Shown one piece after another: positions 18,901 through 27,427 of a stretch of 64,000 nt of DNA (positions are counted from its first letter, which is position 1; the number at the start of each line of letters is the position of its first letter). This DNA comes from an uncultured Flavipsychrobacter sp. (GTDB lineage: Bacteria; Bacteroidota; Bacteroidia; Chitinophagales; Chitinophagaceae): contig CAZBPS010000010.1 in assembly GCA_964493865.1 (NCBI GenBank), forward strand, positions 17,051-81,050, written 5' to 3'. The notes beneath the pieces are model-generated. The model was not told where the DNA came from, did not search any database, and was given only the letters and a program-made list of their open reading frames with translations. Both the position numbers and the translations under genes were made by a program.

Positions 18901-21745
18901 TGCTTGAGAAATTCAATCCTATATGCACACCTGATGTGCCATCACAATATTGTCCGCCACCAGTCACATTGTATGCTACAGGTAATGGGCTGATAATAAT
19001 TGTTGCGCTGCCGGTCATATTGTTTGTACAGCCGGTTAATGGGTCTGTGGCAACAACAGTATATGCACCCGGTGTAGTGAAAGTTCCGAAATCAAGTGCG
19101 CCACCTACGCTTGTAACAGGTAAGCCCACATCGCTTGTTCCTAACCTAGCCTGATAAGTAACACCAAAGTCAGAATTCGGCAATATAATGTTTTGTCCTG
19201 TTCCGCCTGCGCAATAGCTACCTCCGCCGGATACATTGTAAGCAGTTGGTAATGGGTTCACTGTAATTATCGCAGAGCCGCTCATGAGTTGTTCACATCC
19301 TGTTACAGGATTTGATGCTACAACTGTATAAGTTCCCGGAGCAGTAAATGTGCCAAAAGTTATTGGTAAACCGGTACCGGACACAAGTCCGCCTATTGCT
19401 GTAGTGCCGTTATATAATTGGTATTTCGTACCAACGTCAGAAAGATCAATTCCAATCGCATTACCGGTACCACCCACACATACGTTACCACCACCTGTAA
19501 CACTATACATGGTAGGCAGAGAGTTAATTACCACTGTTACCGAACCCGTCATGTTATTACTACAGCCAGTCAGCGGGTTGTTAGCTGAAACAGTATATAT
19601 GCCCGCACCAATCTGAGAACCGAAATCGAGGCCGGAGTTTGAACCGCCAACCGGCGACCCAATCGCTGAACCACCTAATTTTAATTGGTAATTAACGCCG
19701 GAATTTGAATAAGAGAGGCCTACATTAATGCCTGCTCCACCCGAGCAATACCCACCTCCACCGCTTACAGCATATGCTGAAGGAAGCGGATTAACATACA
19801 TTGTCGTGTTGGTGTTACACCCCGTTGACAAGGTGTAGGTAATAGAGGTAGAACCTGCAGATACACCTGTTACCACGCCTGTACCTGCGCCTACAGTAGC
19901 AACACCCGGAGTAGAACTGCTCCATGTACCACCACCCGAGTTAGTCAAAGTTGTTAAAGCGCCTACACAAACATTTGAAGCGCCTGTGATAGCTGACGGC
20001 TGCGGATGTACCTGGAAAAGTGTAGTAGACCTACAGCCTGTTGTACCTAATGTATAGGTAAGATTTGCTGTACCGGCAGTAACACCGGTTACAATACCTG
20101 TTCCTACGCCAATTGTTGCTACCGATGGGTTGCTGGTACTCCATGTGCCACCCGGGGTTGCATCGGTGACAAGCGCAGTCAGGCCGGCACAAACGCTTGT
20201 AGCGCCGCCGGGAACTGCTGGATTCGGATTTAAACCTACGGTTACTGAGCCTGACATATTTTTAACACAACCGGTGCTTACGTTTGTAGCTACAGCGGTG
20301 TAGGAACCAACAGTAGTAAACAAACCAAAATCAACTGATCCTCCTGTACCTGCCACAGTTCCCATTGGGCTGCCACCGGTAAATAATTCGTAGCTTACTC
20401 CTGAAGATGAATTATTCATGCCGATGTTAACACCTGTTCCGCCAGAGCAATAGTTGCCACCACCAGTAACACTAAAGACCAGTGGCAAAGGATTTACAAC
20501 GAAATTAGTTGTTCTTGCACAGCCTGTAGGTAAAGTATATGTGATTGTAGCAGTAGCAGGTGCACCACCGGCCGAAACTCCCGTTACCAAACCGCTGGTA
20601 GCGCCGATAGTTGCAATGCCCGGATTGCCGCTAGTCCATGTTCCACCGGGCGTAGCATCAAATAATGTTGCTGTTCCGCCATTTTCACATGTACTGAGCG
20701 TACCTGTTATAGGAGCAGGATTAGGATTAACAGTTAAAGAATAGGTAGATATTGCGCTTCCGCAAGCATTCGAGCCGTTATATGTAATGGTAACTACCCC
20801 TGCTGCAACGCCGGTTACAGTACCTGTTGAAGAACCAATAGTTGCTATACCTGTACTGCTGCTGCTCCATACACCGGCAGATCCGGTTTGGGTAAGTACG
20901 CTCGTTCCGCCAATGCATATTGAGTTTGTTCCTGAAATAACTCCGGGTACAGGATATATGCATAAAGTGATATAGCCATTACCAGACTGGTAGTTACCAG
21001 TAGCAGTAGCACCGCTAACACCTGCGCCGCCATAATAAGAAGAGCCACCGCCGCCGCCGCCGTATGCGCCCGAACCACCACCATAATAACCACCACCGCC
21101 ACCACCGGCGTAACAATAACTTGTTGAAGCATTACCGCCTTGTCCTTGTGAACCAGCTGGAGTTCCGTAGCATGTTGCGCCAACCCCACCTGCAGATTGT
21201 GTACCACCCTGACCACCCTGACAGGTAGTAGGACCGCCACAGTTCATGCCTGTACCGCCTGTAGGATAGTCTCCTGCACCACCCATCTCACCATTAGTGC
21301 TTCCGCAGTTATATCCGGCGCCACCGCCACCGGCTGCCACTAACACCCTATTACTTAATCCGGTACCGGATCTCCTGATATCAGATGCGCCGCCGCCGCC
21401 GCCGCCGTAACCATAGCCATTACCCCCACCGTTGAAACCTCCTGCTCTGGAAACACAATACTGGTAGTTCGTACCCGAACCTCCAACATTTAATTGTAGA
21501 ACCTCACCGGGAACCACGGTTAAAGTGGCTTGTACGCGACCACCTTTACCTCCCGGACTACTCAAGGAAGTACCGCCCTGCGCACCGGCCATATCTACGC
21601 CAATCTGAGTAACACCGGCAGGTACGGTATAGCTAAATGTGCCTGACGTTGAGTACGGTGTAAGAAGCTGCGCTAATGAATTGAAATTACATCCCAATAA
21701 AACTACGATAGGGAGAGCTAATTTTAAAAGGTAGAATCGTTTCAT
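15998..21745 (-). CDS. Large T9SS-secreted repeat protein: glycine-rich N-domain, 4 Big_2-like Ig repeats, 13 Cys-paired ~85-aa repeats, T9SS C-terminal domain
   Basis: Signal peptide; GGxGG-rich region; GGTWSSS.P.VATI Ig repeats; repeated V.GGG.YC.GG.G...FG....GTYTV.A.N..TGC...M.GS; C-terminal LVPNPNKG...GMYLL...FVVEQ. Confidence 0.9.
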   Translation of the reverse strand: MKRFYLLKLALPIVVLLGCNFNSLAQLLTPYSTSGTFSYTVPAGVTQIGVDMAGAQGGTSLSSPGGKGGRVQATLTVVPGEVLQLNVGGSGTNYQYCVSRAGGFNGGGNGYGYGGGGGGASDIRRSGTGLSNRVLVAAGGGGAGYNCGSTNGEMGGAGDYPTGGTGMNCGGPTTCQGGQGGTQSAGGVGATCYGTPAGSQGQGGNASTSYCYAGGGGGGYYGGGSGAYGGGGGGSSYYGGAGVSGATATGNYQSGNGYITLCIYPVPGVISGTNSICIGGTSVLTQTGSAGVWSSSSTGIATIGSSTGTVTGVAAGVVTITYNGSNACGSAISTYSLTVNPNPAPITGTLSTCENGGTATLFDATPGGTWTSGNPGIATIGATSGLVTGVSAGGAPATATITYTLPTGCARTTNFVVNPLPLVFSVTGGGNYCSGGTGVNIGMNNSSSGVSYELFTGGSPMGTVAGTGGSVDFGLFTTVGSYTAVATNVSTGCVKNMSGSVTVGLNPNPAVPGGATSVCAGLTALVTDATPGGTWSTSNPSVATIGVGTGIVTGVTAGTANLTYTLGTTGCRSTTLFQVHPQPSAITGASNVCVGALTTLTNSGGGTWSSSTPGVATVGAGTGVVTGVSAGSTSITYTLSTGCNTNTTMYVNPLPSAYAVSGGGGYCSGGAGINVGLSYSNSGVNYQLKLGGSAIGSPVGGSNSGLDFGSQIGAGIYTVSANNPLTGCSNNMTGSVTVVINSLPTMYSVTGGGNVCVGGTGNAIGIDLSDVGTKYQLYNGTTAIGGLVSGTGLPITFGTFTAPGTYTVVASNPVTGCEQLMSGSAIITVNPLPTAYNVSGGGSYCAGGTGQNIILPNSDFGVTYQARLGTSDVGLPVTSVGGALDFGTFTTPGAYTVVATDPLTGCTNNMTGSATIIISPLPVAYNVTGGGQYCDGTSGVHIGLNFSSTGVNYTLKQYGIPVTTVSGSGTSLDFGLVTASGNYTVSAENTATGCVNNMNGSTNVSNNPLPAQYMVTGGGNYCFGGVGVPVGTSNSDAGVSYQLYKGATPVGTALPGSGGGPIDFGLITPAGTYTVVAKNTTTNCSVSMLNPATVGINPLPVVRTVTGGGSYCAGGAGVNVGLSNSTVGVNYDLYHNGLPLSIPVTLAGTGAALDFGPQVLAGTYTVYATDGATLCSKAMSGSAVITINSLPIAFDVIGGGEYCSGGTGVNVGITGSTSGIRYQLYNTSAVGVPVAGSGSAINFGLKTAGGTYTVVATNPLTGCSNAMNSSASIFVKPLPTSYVVSVGGDYCDGGIGVEVSLTGSDDNVEYQLYSGLIPVGPAMPGAAGMPITFGFQTNGVYTVKANDLLSGCSRYMSGSSIINNILPTLYSVTGGGNYCVGGTGVPVMLGGSQIGWTYELHAGGLPTGTILPGTGSSLDFGLMTSPDVYSVVATNDLYLCTGSMTGDVTVGVNPLPTVHSVTGGGTFCAGTAGAHVGLDMGNTGVNYQLLNGTTPVGAVVGGADAALDFGAIATTGTYTVHAVNASTGCESDMAGSATINVKSLPTAYLTSITGPNPLYPGYFCATDSGVHVYLPNSDVDVRYKLWRGAILVDSADGTGAAIDLGLQNVAGTYTVRATETSALPNCSNDMLGSVTVNIIPLPDVHNVTGGGTFCPGGAGVVVGLDGSEPGIRYYLRNGSATLGSLDATGAPLDFGLQNMTGNYTIEATSQITYCPNTMLGTAVVAHEAILTPSVVLRAFPGIGIDVWQVDSLHAFVTNGGSNPTYQWYINGHEIAGATNATFVRQEFFNRDSIAVIVTASGPCGGNSLKKSLTLTLRASGVGVDQVNANNTVVLVPNPNKGTFTIKGAFGNAADEEMSVEITNMIGQVIYNNKIMSRNGNIEEQIQLSNNLANGMYLLNLRSGTQKAVFHFVVEQ

Positions 21746-21986
21746 ACTGTAATTTTTAGAATGGTCAAAAAATTATGATAAAGTTAAAGAATCCACAACA
21801 ATATTAACATTGAATTCGGAACAATTTTTTCTTTTAGGAAAAAACGCTATGCAAAATATGAGAATTCTGTTGGAAAACAAAATTAATTATCTGCTAAAAG
21901 TAAAAATTAATTTTTTTCATACGGATTATTTTATTTTGTCATGAAATTACATAAATACATATTTATGCAGGCTATATGCGTTACTT

Positions 21987-22442
21987 TTACTGCTTTAAAG
22001 GGGTAAAAAGGTCTTTTTTCATGGCATAATGGGCTATGCCAACTTCCATAAATTCGTCGCCAAACGACAAATAACCTAAAGTTGTGTAAAAACCCATAGC
22101 TCCTTTGCGTGCATGCAGCACAACCTGACCATAACCATTTTGTGCTGCATATTTTTCGGCTGCTTCCACCAGCATTCTCCCGATGCCCCTACCTTGCCAG
22201 CTATCATAAACCGCCATCTGGCGCAATTTTACGGTTTTATTGCCCACATCATGCAGCATCAGGCACCCTACCACATTTTCACTTTGTTCTGCTATGAAGA
22301 TAATGTCCTCATTGTCCCAGGAGAGGTCTTCATTTTTTAACGTAAGGCCCAACGGCTTGCGCAGTACCTCTTCACGCAGGTCCCATACCTGCCGGTATTT
22401 GGGCGACGATATGTTTATGTATGAAATGTTTATGCCCTCCAT
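21987..22442 (-). CDS. GNAT family N-acetyltransferase (ElaA/YjcF-like)
   Basis: LREEVLRKPLG, LRQMAV...QGRGIGRMLV, FMEVGIAHYAM. Confidence 0.9.
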   Translation of the reverse strand: MEGINISYINISSPKYRQVWDLREEVLRKPLGLTLKNEDLSWDNEDIIFIAEQSENVVGCLMLHDVGNKTVKLRQMAVYDSWQGRGIGRMLVEAAEKYAAQNGYGQVVLHARKGAMGFYTTLGYLSFGDEFMEVGIAHYAMKKDLFTPLKQ

Positions 22443-22443
22443 C

Positions 22444-24414
22444 TTAGTCCAATTCTACTGTCAGTTCTTCTGTAGCTTTAATTTTGAATAACTTCACTTT
22501 AGCGACTGAACTACCTCCGGGGCCTGACTGGTAATGTACCTGGTATTCGCCGGGCTGCAACTGCAGATGCTGGCTCCTTGGGTCACTAAGGCTTAATGTT
22601 GTAAGCCTCACAAACCTTTCCCCATTCCTGTTCCACAGATTGACAGTGGCTATTTTGCCATCACTAACAAACTTTGCAAAGCCGGGCTGCGGGATAGCAA
22701 TTACTATTTCAGCGTCAAATAAGAGGTCAACATTTCTTATATCCAGCGGAAACGTATTGATAGTGATATGATAATTACCCGGCTCATACTGCAATTTTTC
22801 TGTGCCCTTTTGTATTTGGACCCTGCCGTGCGCTTTATTCCGCTCTATCACTTCGGCACTGAATTCGGTAACAGGCCGTGGAACAGCCCTCCCAGACCCA
22901 TCCACATATACGAAACTGAGACTGGCTGTAGATACTTTTACATAATATTTTTTCTTTTTATCCTGCTCCACAGTTATCCCTCCCACTATAAAATCACGTT
23001 TCTCGACCAAAGTAAGGTCATAAGTTCCCGGAGGAATACCGGTCTGTGGGTCCGGATTGCCGGAAGGATCAACCGTACGGAAGAATTTTTTTACAACTTG
23101 TTTTGTCTTTGGGTCAATAAGCATTACTTGCGGAGTAGAGGTGTAGAAGGTACCTGCACCATTAGTAAAATATATTTCGAGCGATGTTTCCCTGTCATTT
23201 GATGTTTCTACCCTGACCTCACGCTTTCCGGGGTCTGGTTTTGTGACAATAAGGTCTGCAGGGTCAATCTTTGCAGGCGGCAGCACCGGTACCCTGCGGT
23301 AAGGGTAACTTCTGTCTTCTAATACAAAGATGACATTGAAAGGCCGCAAAGATGCAGGCTTTAACCTTGCAATATTATCAATGGCGCGTGGCGTATCTAT
23401 TTTTACCTCAGGTAATACAAAAGGTCCTTGGACGGGACTTAACCTGATACCGGCCACAGGTGTATTGAAAACCTTAAGCCTTGCAGGGGCAAGACCCGCA
23501 ATTGTAACGGGTTTGGGAATGTCAGCGGTATCGATTTTAACGATTGGTGTTTTTACATTTATTTCAACAGGTTTTGGCACGTAGCCCGTCGGTCTGAATA
23601 TTGCTATCATTCTCAGTCCGGATTCAGTGATTACCGGCAAGCTGTCGATCTTATGCACCGCCACTTTTTTCTTTACGGGAGTTTTTACCGGGGTGCTGCC
23701 TGAAATCACCTGCATTTCGTTATAGTCAACTTTTTTGATTTTTATGGCCGGGCGCAGCGCATCTACTATTTTCTTCACAGCAGCAGGTATTTCGCCGTCG
23801 CTGGTGACTTGCAGATAATCCCCCATGCACGAATAGGTAGACCTGAGTCCGGGATCATTCTCAAGGCTTACGATATATGGTTTGAAATATACTTTACTGG
23901 CAAGAAGTTTTTTCATTACATCGCATATATCTCCTCCACAGCTTTCGCCACCATCGGTTATCAGTATTATGCTGTATGCGTAATGTACTTCATCAACTAT
24001 GTCCTTGTTTGCGGCCTCGGTAAGGGCGAATGCAATCGGCGTAATGCCAACAGGCTGTATGTCCTGTAGGCGCAAAGACATTTGCGTGCGGTTATCTGGG
24101 CTAAAAAACACCTCCATTCGGGTATCATAGCAGTTGTGCTCCGGAACCGGGTGCTGGTGACCAAACATCCGCAGCCCGAACTGTACCTGGTCATTTACAG
24201 CATATACACTATCAATAATCCGCAGAATTACTTCTTGCGCTGCACTGTATTTGACCCGGCCACTCACCCACTTCTGGGTCATACTCGATGAACCATCAAG
24301 CAATATGAGTATACGGGATTGCATCAACTCTCCCGCTATCTGGCCCGACGAGCAATAAGTAAAGAAGACGAATAATAAAAGTAATATGGACCGCTTTCGC
24401 CGCATGAAAAACAC
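22444..24414 (-). CDS. Exported von Willebrand factor A domain protein
   Basis: MIDAS motif LLDGSSSM, GITPIA, ILITDGGESC; Pro-rich middle region; beta-rich C-terminus. Confidence 0.8.
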   Translation of the reverse strand: MFFMRRKRSILLLLFVFFTYCSSGQIAGELMQSRILILLDGSSSMTQKWVSGRVKYSAAQEVILRIIDSVYAVNDQVQFGLRMFGHQHPVPEHNCYDTRMEVFFSPDNRTQMSLRLQDIQPVGITPIAFALTEAANKDIVDEVHYAYSIILITDGGESCGGDICDVMKKLLASKVYFKPYIVSLENDPGLRSTYSCMGDYLQVTSDGEIPAAVKKIVDALRPAIKIKKVDYNEMQVISGSTPVKTPVKKKVAVHKIDSLPVITESGLRMIAIFRPTGYVPKPVEINVKTPIVKIDTADIPKPVTIAGLAPARLKVFNTPVAGIRLSPVQGPFVLPEVKIDTPRAIDNIARLKPASLRPFNVIFVLEDRSYPYRRVPVLPPAKIDPADLIVTKPDPGKREVRVETSNDRETSLEIYFTNGAGTFYTSTPQVMLIDPKTKQVVKKFFRTVDPSGNPDPQTGIPPGTYDLTLVEKRDFIVGGITVEQDKKKKYYVKVSTASLSFVYVDGSGRAVPRPVTEFSAEVIERNKAHGRVQIQKGTEKLQYEPGNYHITINTFPLDIRNVDLLFDAEIVIAIPQPGFAKFVSDGKIATVNLWNRNGERFVRLTTLSLSDPRSQHLQLQPGEYQVHYQSGPGGSSVAKVKLFKIKATEELTVELD

Positions 24415-24491
24415 TTCGTCACAAACCTACATTAAAATCAATGATTATAAAAAACAAAAACACCACAGAACCAGACAATAAATTAATGCGT

Positions 24492-24791
24492 TTATATATC
24501 AAGGATTATATAACCGGCCATCAGATAATAAAAAACAGCAAGGGAGATAATATATCCAAGTCCGATATAAAATGCTTCACTCTTGAGGATACGCATAAGG
24601 TGAATACGTATCTTGTCCGGCATTTGAGTATCCTTCAGTTTTGTATGAGCAAGAAATAACACAAGAATGGTTATCATCGCCCCGGTGTATGATATGCCAA
24701 ATGCAGGTGGGGCAATGTTGCCTTGGCTAAATAACGGAACTAGGGCAAAAGAGCATATTGCTAATATGCCCAAACAGATACTAAACGGCAT
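24492..24791 (-). CDS. Small hypothetical membrane protein
   Basis: Three hydrophobic segments; co-oriented upstream of the VWA gene. Confidence 0.5.
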   Translation of the reverse strand: MPFSICLGILAICSFALVPLFSQGNIAPPAFGISYTGAMITILVLFLAHTKLKDTQMPDKIRIHLMRILKSEAFYIGLGYIISLAVFYYLMAGYIILDI

Positions 24792-24900
24792 AGGATATAA
24801 ATTAAGGTTTCTTAGTATACCGTTCTTATCGCATAGGCCGTTTTTTATTAACAGTTAAAAAAAGAGTTAGTATTGTTAATTATTTTATAAAACAAATATC

Positions 24901-26202
24901 ATGCCATTCTCTGTCTCTGTATTCTGGTTTCGCCGCGACCTGAGGCTTGATGACAATGCCGGACTGTACCACGCGCTTGCTTCCGGCCAGCCGGTATTGC
25001 CCGTATTCATTTTTGATACCAACATACTGGACACGTTAGAAAACAAAAAAGACAGCCGTGTACACTTCATACATGACGCGCTCACTGCCATCCAGAAAGA
25101 ACTGGTAAAAGCAGGCAGCTCGCTCTTGGTATTGCATGGCACCCCTAAAGATTGCTTTAAAAAACTACTACGTGAATACAGCATTTCTTCTGTTTATACC
25201 AACCACGATTATGAGCCATTTGCCAGCGGACGAGATGAAGCAATAAAGAACCTGTTAAATGAAAACGGCGCAGGCTTCTATACTTATAAAGACCAGGTGA
25301 TTTTTGAAAAAAGCGAAGTGGTAAAAGAGAATGGTGAGCCCTATACTATATATACGCCCTACAGCCGCCGGTGGAAAGAAAAAGTGGGCGCACGGGTGCC
25401 TGTTTTCGAAACAAAAAAACTCTTTGGCAATTTTCATAAACAGGCAGCACAACCTCTCATATCTTTAGCGGACATAGGCTTTGAACATGCTCCGCCGGTT
25501 ACTGTATCAGCAAAACTGAATGAAGATATAGCAAGGCACTATGACAAAACACGGGACATACCAGCCATGGCCGGAACAACAAAAATGGGCGTGCACCTGC
25601 GATTTGGCACTGTGAGTATCCGCACTCTGGTGAACAAAGCGCTACAGCTAAACGCTACCTATCTTAATGAACTTATATGGCGTGAATTCTATCAGATGAT
25701 CTTATGGCATTTCCCATATGTTGTCAATCATTCTTTCAGAAAAGAATACGACAAAATAACGTGGCGAAATAATGAACATGAATTTTCGTTATGGTGTGCC
25801 GGCCAAACGGGTTTCCCTATTGTGGATGCCGGCATGCGTGAACTGAACGAAACCGGGTTCATGCACAATCGTGTAAGAATGATAGTGGCCAGCTTTCTTA
25901 CCAAAGACCTGTTGGTAGATTGGCGATGGGGGGAAGCGTACTTTGCAGAAAAGCTCCTCGACTATGACCTGGCGGCCAATAACGGAAACTGGCAATGGGC
26001 GGCAGGCACCGGATGTGATGCTGCTCCTTATTTCAGGGTTTTTAATCCGGAACTGCAAACAAAAAAATTCGATCCCGGGCTCGAATATATAAAGAAATGG
26101 GTGCCGGAATTCGAGGGCTTGTCCTACGCTCGCCCCATTGTGGACCACAGCCATGCTCGCGACAGATGCCTTATGGCTTATAAAAAAGCCCTCGGCAAAT
26201 AA
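24901..26202 (+). CDS. phrB: Deoxyribodipyrimidine photolyase (class I)
   Basis: WFRRDLRLDDN, ELIWREFY, GFPIVDAGMREL, MHNRVRMI, NNGNWQW, FRVFNP. Confidence 0.95.
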   Translation: MPFSVSVFWFRRDLRLDDNAGLYHALASGQPVLPVFIFDTNILDTLENKKDSRVHFIHDALTAIQKELVKAGSSLLVLHGTPKDCFKKLLREYSISSVYTNHDYEPFASGRDEAIKNLLNENGAGFYTYKDQVIFEKSEVVKENGEPYTIYTPYSRRWKEKVGARVPVFETKKLFGNFHKQAAQPLISLADIGFEHAPPVTVSAKLNEDIARHYDKTRDIPAMAGTTKMGVHLRFGTVSIRTLVNKALQLNATYLNELIWREFYQMILWHFPYVVNHSFRKEYDKITWRNNEHEFSLWCAGQTGFPIVDAGMRELNETGFMHNRVRMIVASFLTKDLLVDWRWGEAYFAEKLLDYDLAANNGNWQWAAGTGCDAAPYFRVFNPELQTKKFDPGLEYIKKWVPEFEGLSYARPIVDHSHARDRCLMAYKKALGK

Positions 26203-26282
26203 GCTCAACCAAAAAAGAACGGTGCACATTTTTTATCATGTACACCGTCTCATCTTATCACACACACAAAATCGTTGTATTG

Positions 26283-26576
26283 TTAGTGGTAAACCACTTC
26301 CATGCCTAATCTGATTGCAATATCCCGTTCCAGCATAGCATCGCGGCTTTCCTGCCAATCGGGAAGCAGGTGTACCTCATCACACTCCAGCATTTTTTTT
26401 ATTTCCGAACGGACAGACTCATCCCAGCTTTTCTGGTCATTATGATCTGCCATTTTCAAAGGGTTAATAATGTGATACCCTTTCTGAATAAGTTTATTGG
26501 CAACATAATTGAATTTTTCCTTCACATTATCGATGGGAAGCCCCGACATTTTTCCTGCCACATATGCTGTTCTCAT
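26283..26576 (-). CDS. DUF4406 family protein (nucleoside 2-deoxyribosyltransferase-like fold)
   Basis: YVAGKMSGL, IINP, MLECDEVHLLPDWQESRDAMLERDIA. Confidence 0.85.
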   Translation of the reverse strand: MRTAYVAGKMSGLPIDNVKEKFNYVANKLIQKGYHIINPLKMADHNDQKSWDESVRSEIKKMLECDEVHLLPDWQESRDAMLERDIAIRLGMEVVYH

Positions 26577-26666
26577 AACATCTGGTTTTATGGTTAGTTT
26601 TCAACAGTTTTTACGTGCGAAATATCACGAAAACCATGCCATGACCAGAGTGTCTTGTTGTTTTTC

Positions 26667-26798
26667 TTATAAGAAAAATGAAAAGAGTGTGTTCAGCAGT
26701 TTTGGCCTTGATACTCTTTTACGCATCTTATTTTGTCTTTTCGCATTTTCTATGAAGGTGAGCAGTAGTTCATGCTTTAACTCTTTCCTGGTTTTCAT
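26667..26798 (-). CDS. Small basic protein (43 aa), not in the ORF track
   Basis: Manual translation MKTRKELKHELLLTFIENAKRQNKMRKRVSRPKLLNTLFSFFL; lies co-oriented between the DnaA-C gene and DUF4406. Confidence 0.4.
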   Translation of the reverse strand: MKTRKELKHELLLTFIENAKRQNKMRKRVSRPKLLNTLFSFFL

Positions 26799-26857
26799 AA
26801 AAGCCGTTTATAAAGTTTCCATGAGTTTTTTTCGCTTGTTATTATTTACTACAAACA

Positions 26858-27319
26858 TTATGCCGTAGCCGCCAATGGATAAACAGACGCTTCGTTCTTC
26901 AGCCAGAGGTCTATCGCTTTCTCCGCTGCTGCGTATTTTTCAAGAAACCTTGAATCCTCTATGTGAATGAGCTCATATGCCCTCATCAGGCCGCTGATGA
27001 CCGATGAATGGTCTTGCCCGCCAAAAAAAGCCGCGATTTGCTGCAACCTCACTTCGGGGAAATACATGCGTATAAAATGGGCTCCTATAAACCTCAGTTC
27101 TACCACATCGCGGGCCCTTGTTTTCATTTTATAACACATGGGGTCCATTCCGAGCGCAATGGCTATTTTATAAAGCATATGCTCCGGTGTTTTGATTGTG
27201 CCGTAGGTGGGGTACAGCATCACTGATACATTGATACCGGTTTTGTTCTTTATCGTCTGTTGTGCCGAGCGGGCTATGTGGCGCGCTGTTTTGATTCCTG
27301 TTTCCTGCCTGTTTTTCAT
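26858..27319 (-). CDS. Stand-alone DnaA C-terminal (domain IV) helix-turn-helix protein
   Basis: KTRARDVVELRFIGAHFIRMYFPEVRLQQIAAFFGGQDHSSVISGL resembles the DnaA domain IV signature (...[20 protein letters not shown]); no AAA+ domain. Confidence 0.8.
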   Translation of the reverse strand: MKNRQETGIKTARHIARSAQQTIKNKTGINVSVMLYPTYGTIKTPEHMLYKIAIALGMDPMCYKMKTRARDVVELRFIGAHFIRMYFPEVRLQQIAAFFGGQDHSSVISGLMRAYELIHIEDSRFLEKYAAAEKAIDLWLKNEASVYPLAATA

Positions 27320-27363
27320 ATCCTTTCTTTTTACGGTTAATTATGTATTTTTGAATTATTCAA

Positions 27364-27396
27364 CAAATATATTCCAAATTATTTGACAAATCCAAA
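27364..27396 (-). promoter_or_regulatory. Consensus Bacteroidota primary-sigma promoter for the DnaA-C operon
   Basis: On the minus strand: TTTG (27396-27393), 21-nt spacer, TATATTTG (27371-27364), matching TTTG-N19-21-TAnnTTTG. Confidence 0.75.
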
Positions 27397-27405
27397 TAAT
27401 TTGGA
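27373..27405. promoter_or_regulatory. Tandem operator pair TCCAAAT-W-ATTTGGA
   Basis: TCCAAATTATTTGAC (27373-27387) and the perfect palindrome TCCAAATAATTTGGA (27391-27405). Confidence 0.75.
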
Positions 27406-27427
27406 AAAATAATTTTACTTTTGTGGT

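Noticed and set aside
26509-26868. Track ORF of 119 aa on the + strand
   Set aside because: Antisense to the co-oriented minus-strand operon, low-complexity Phe/Ser composition, no motif.
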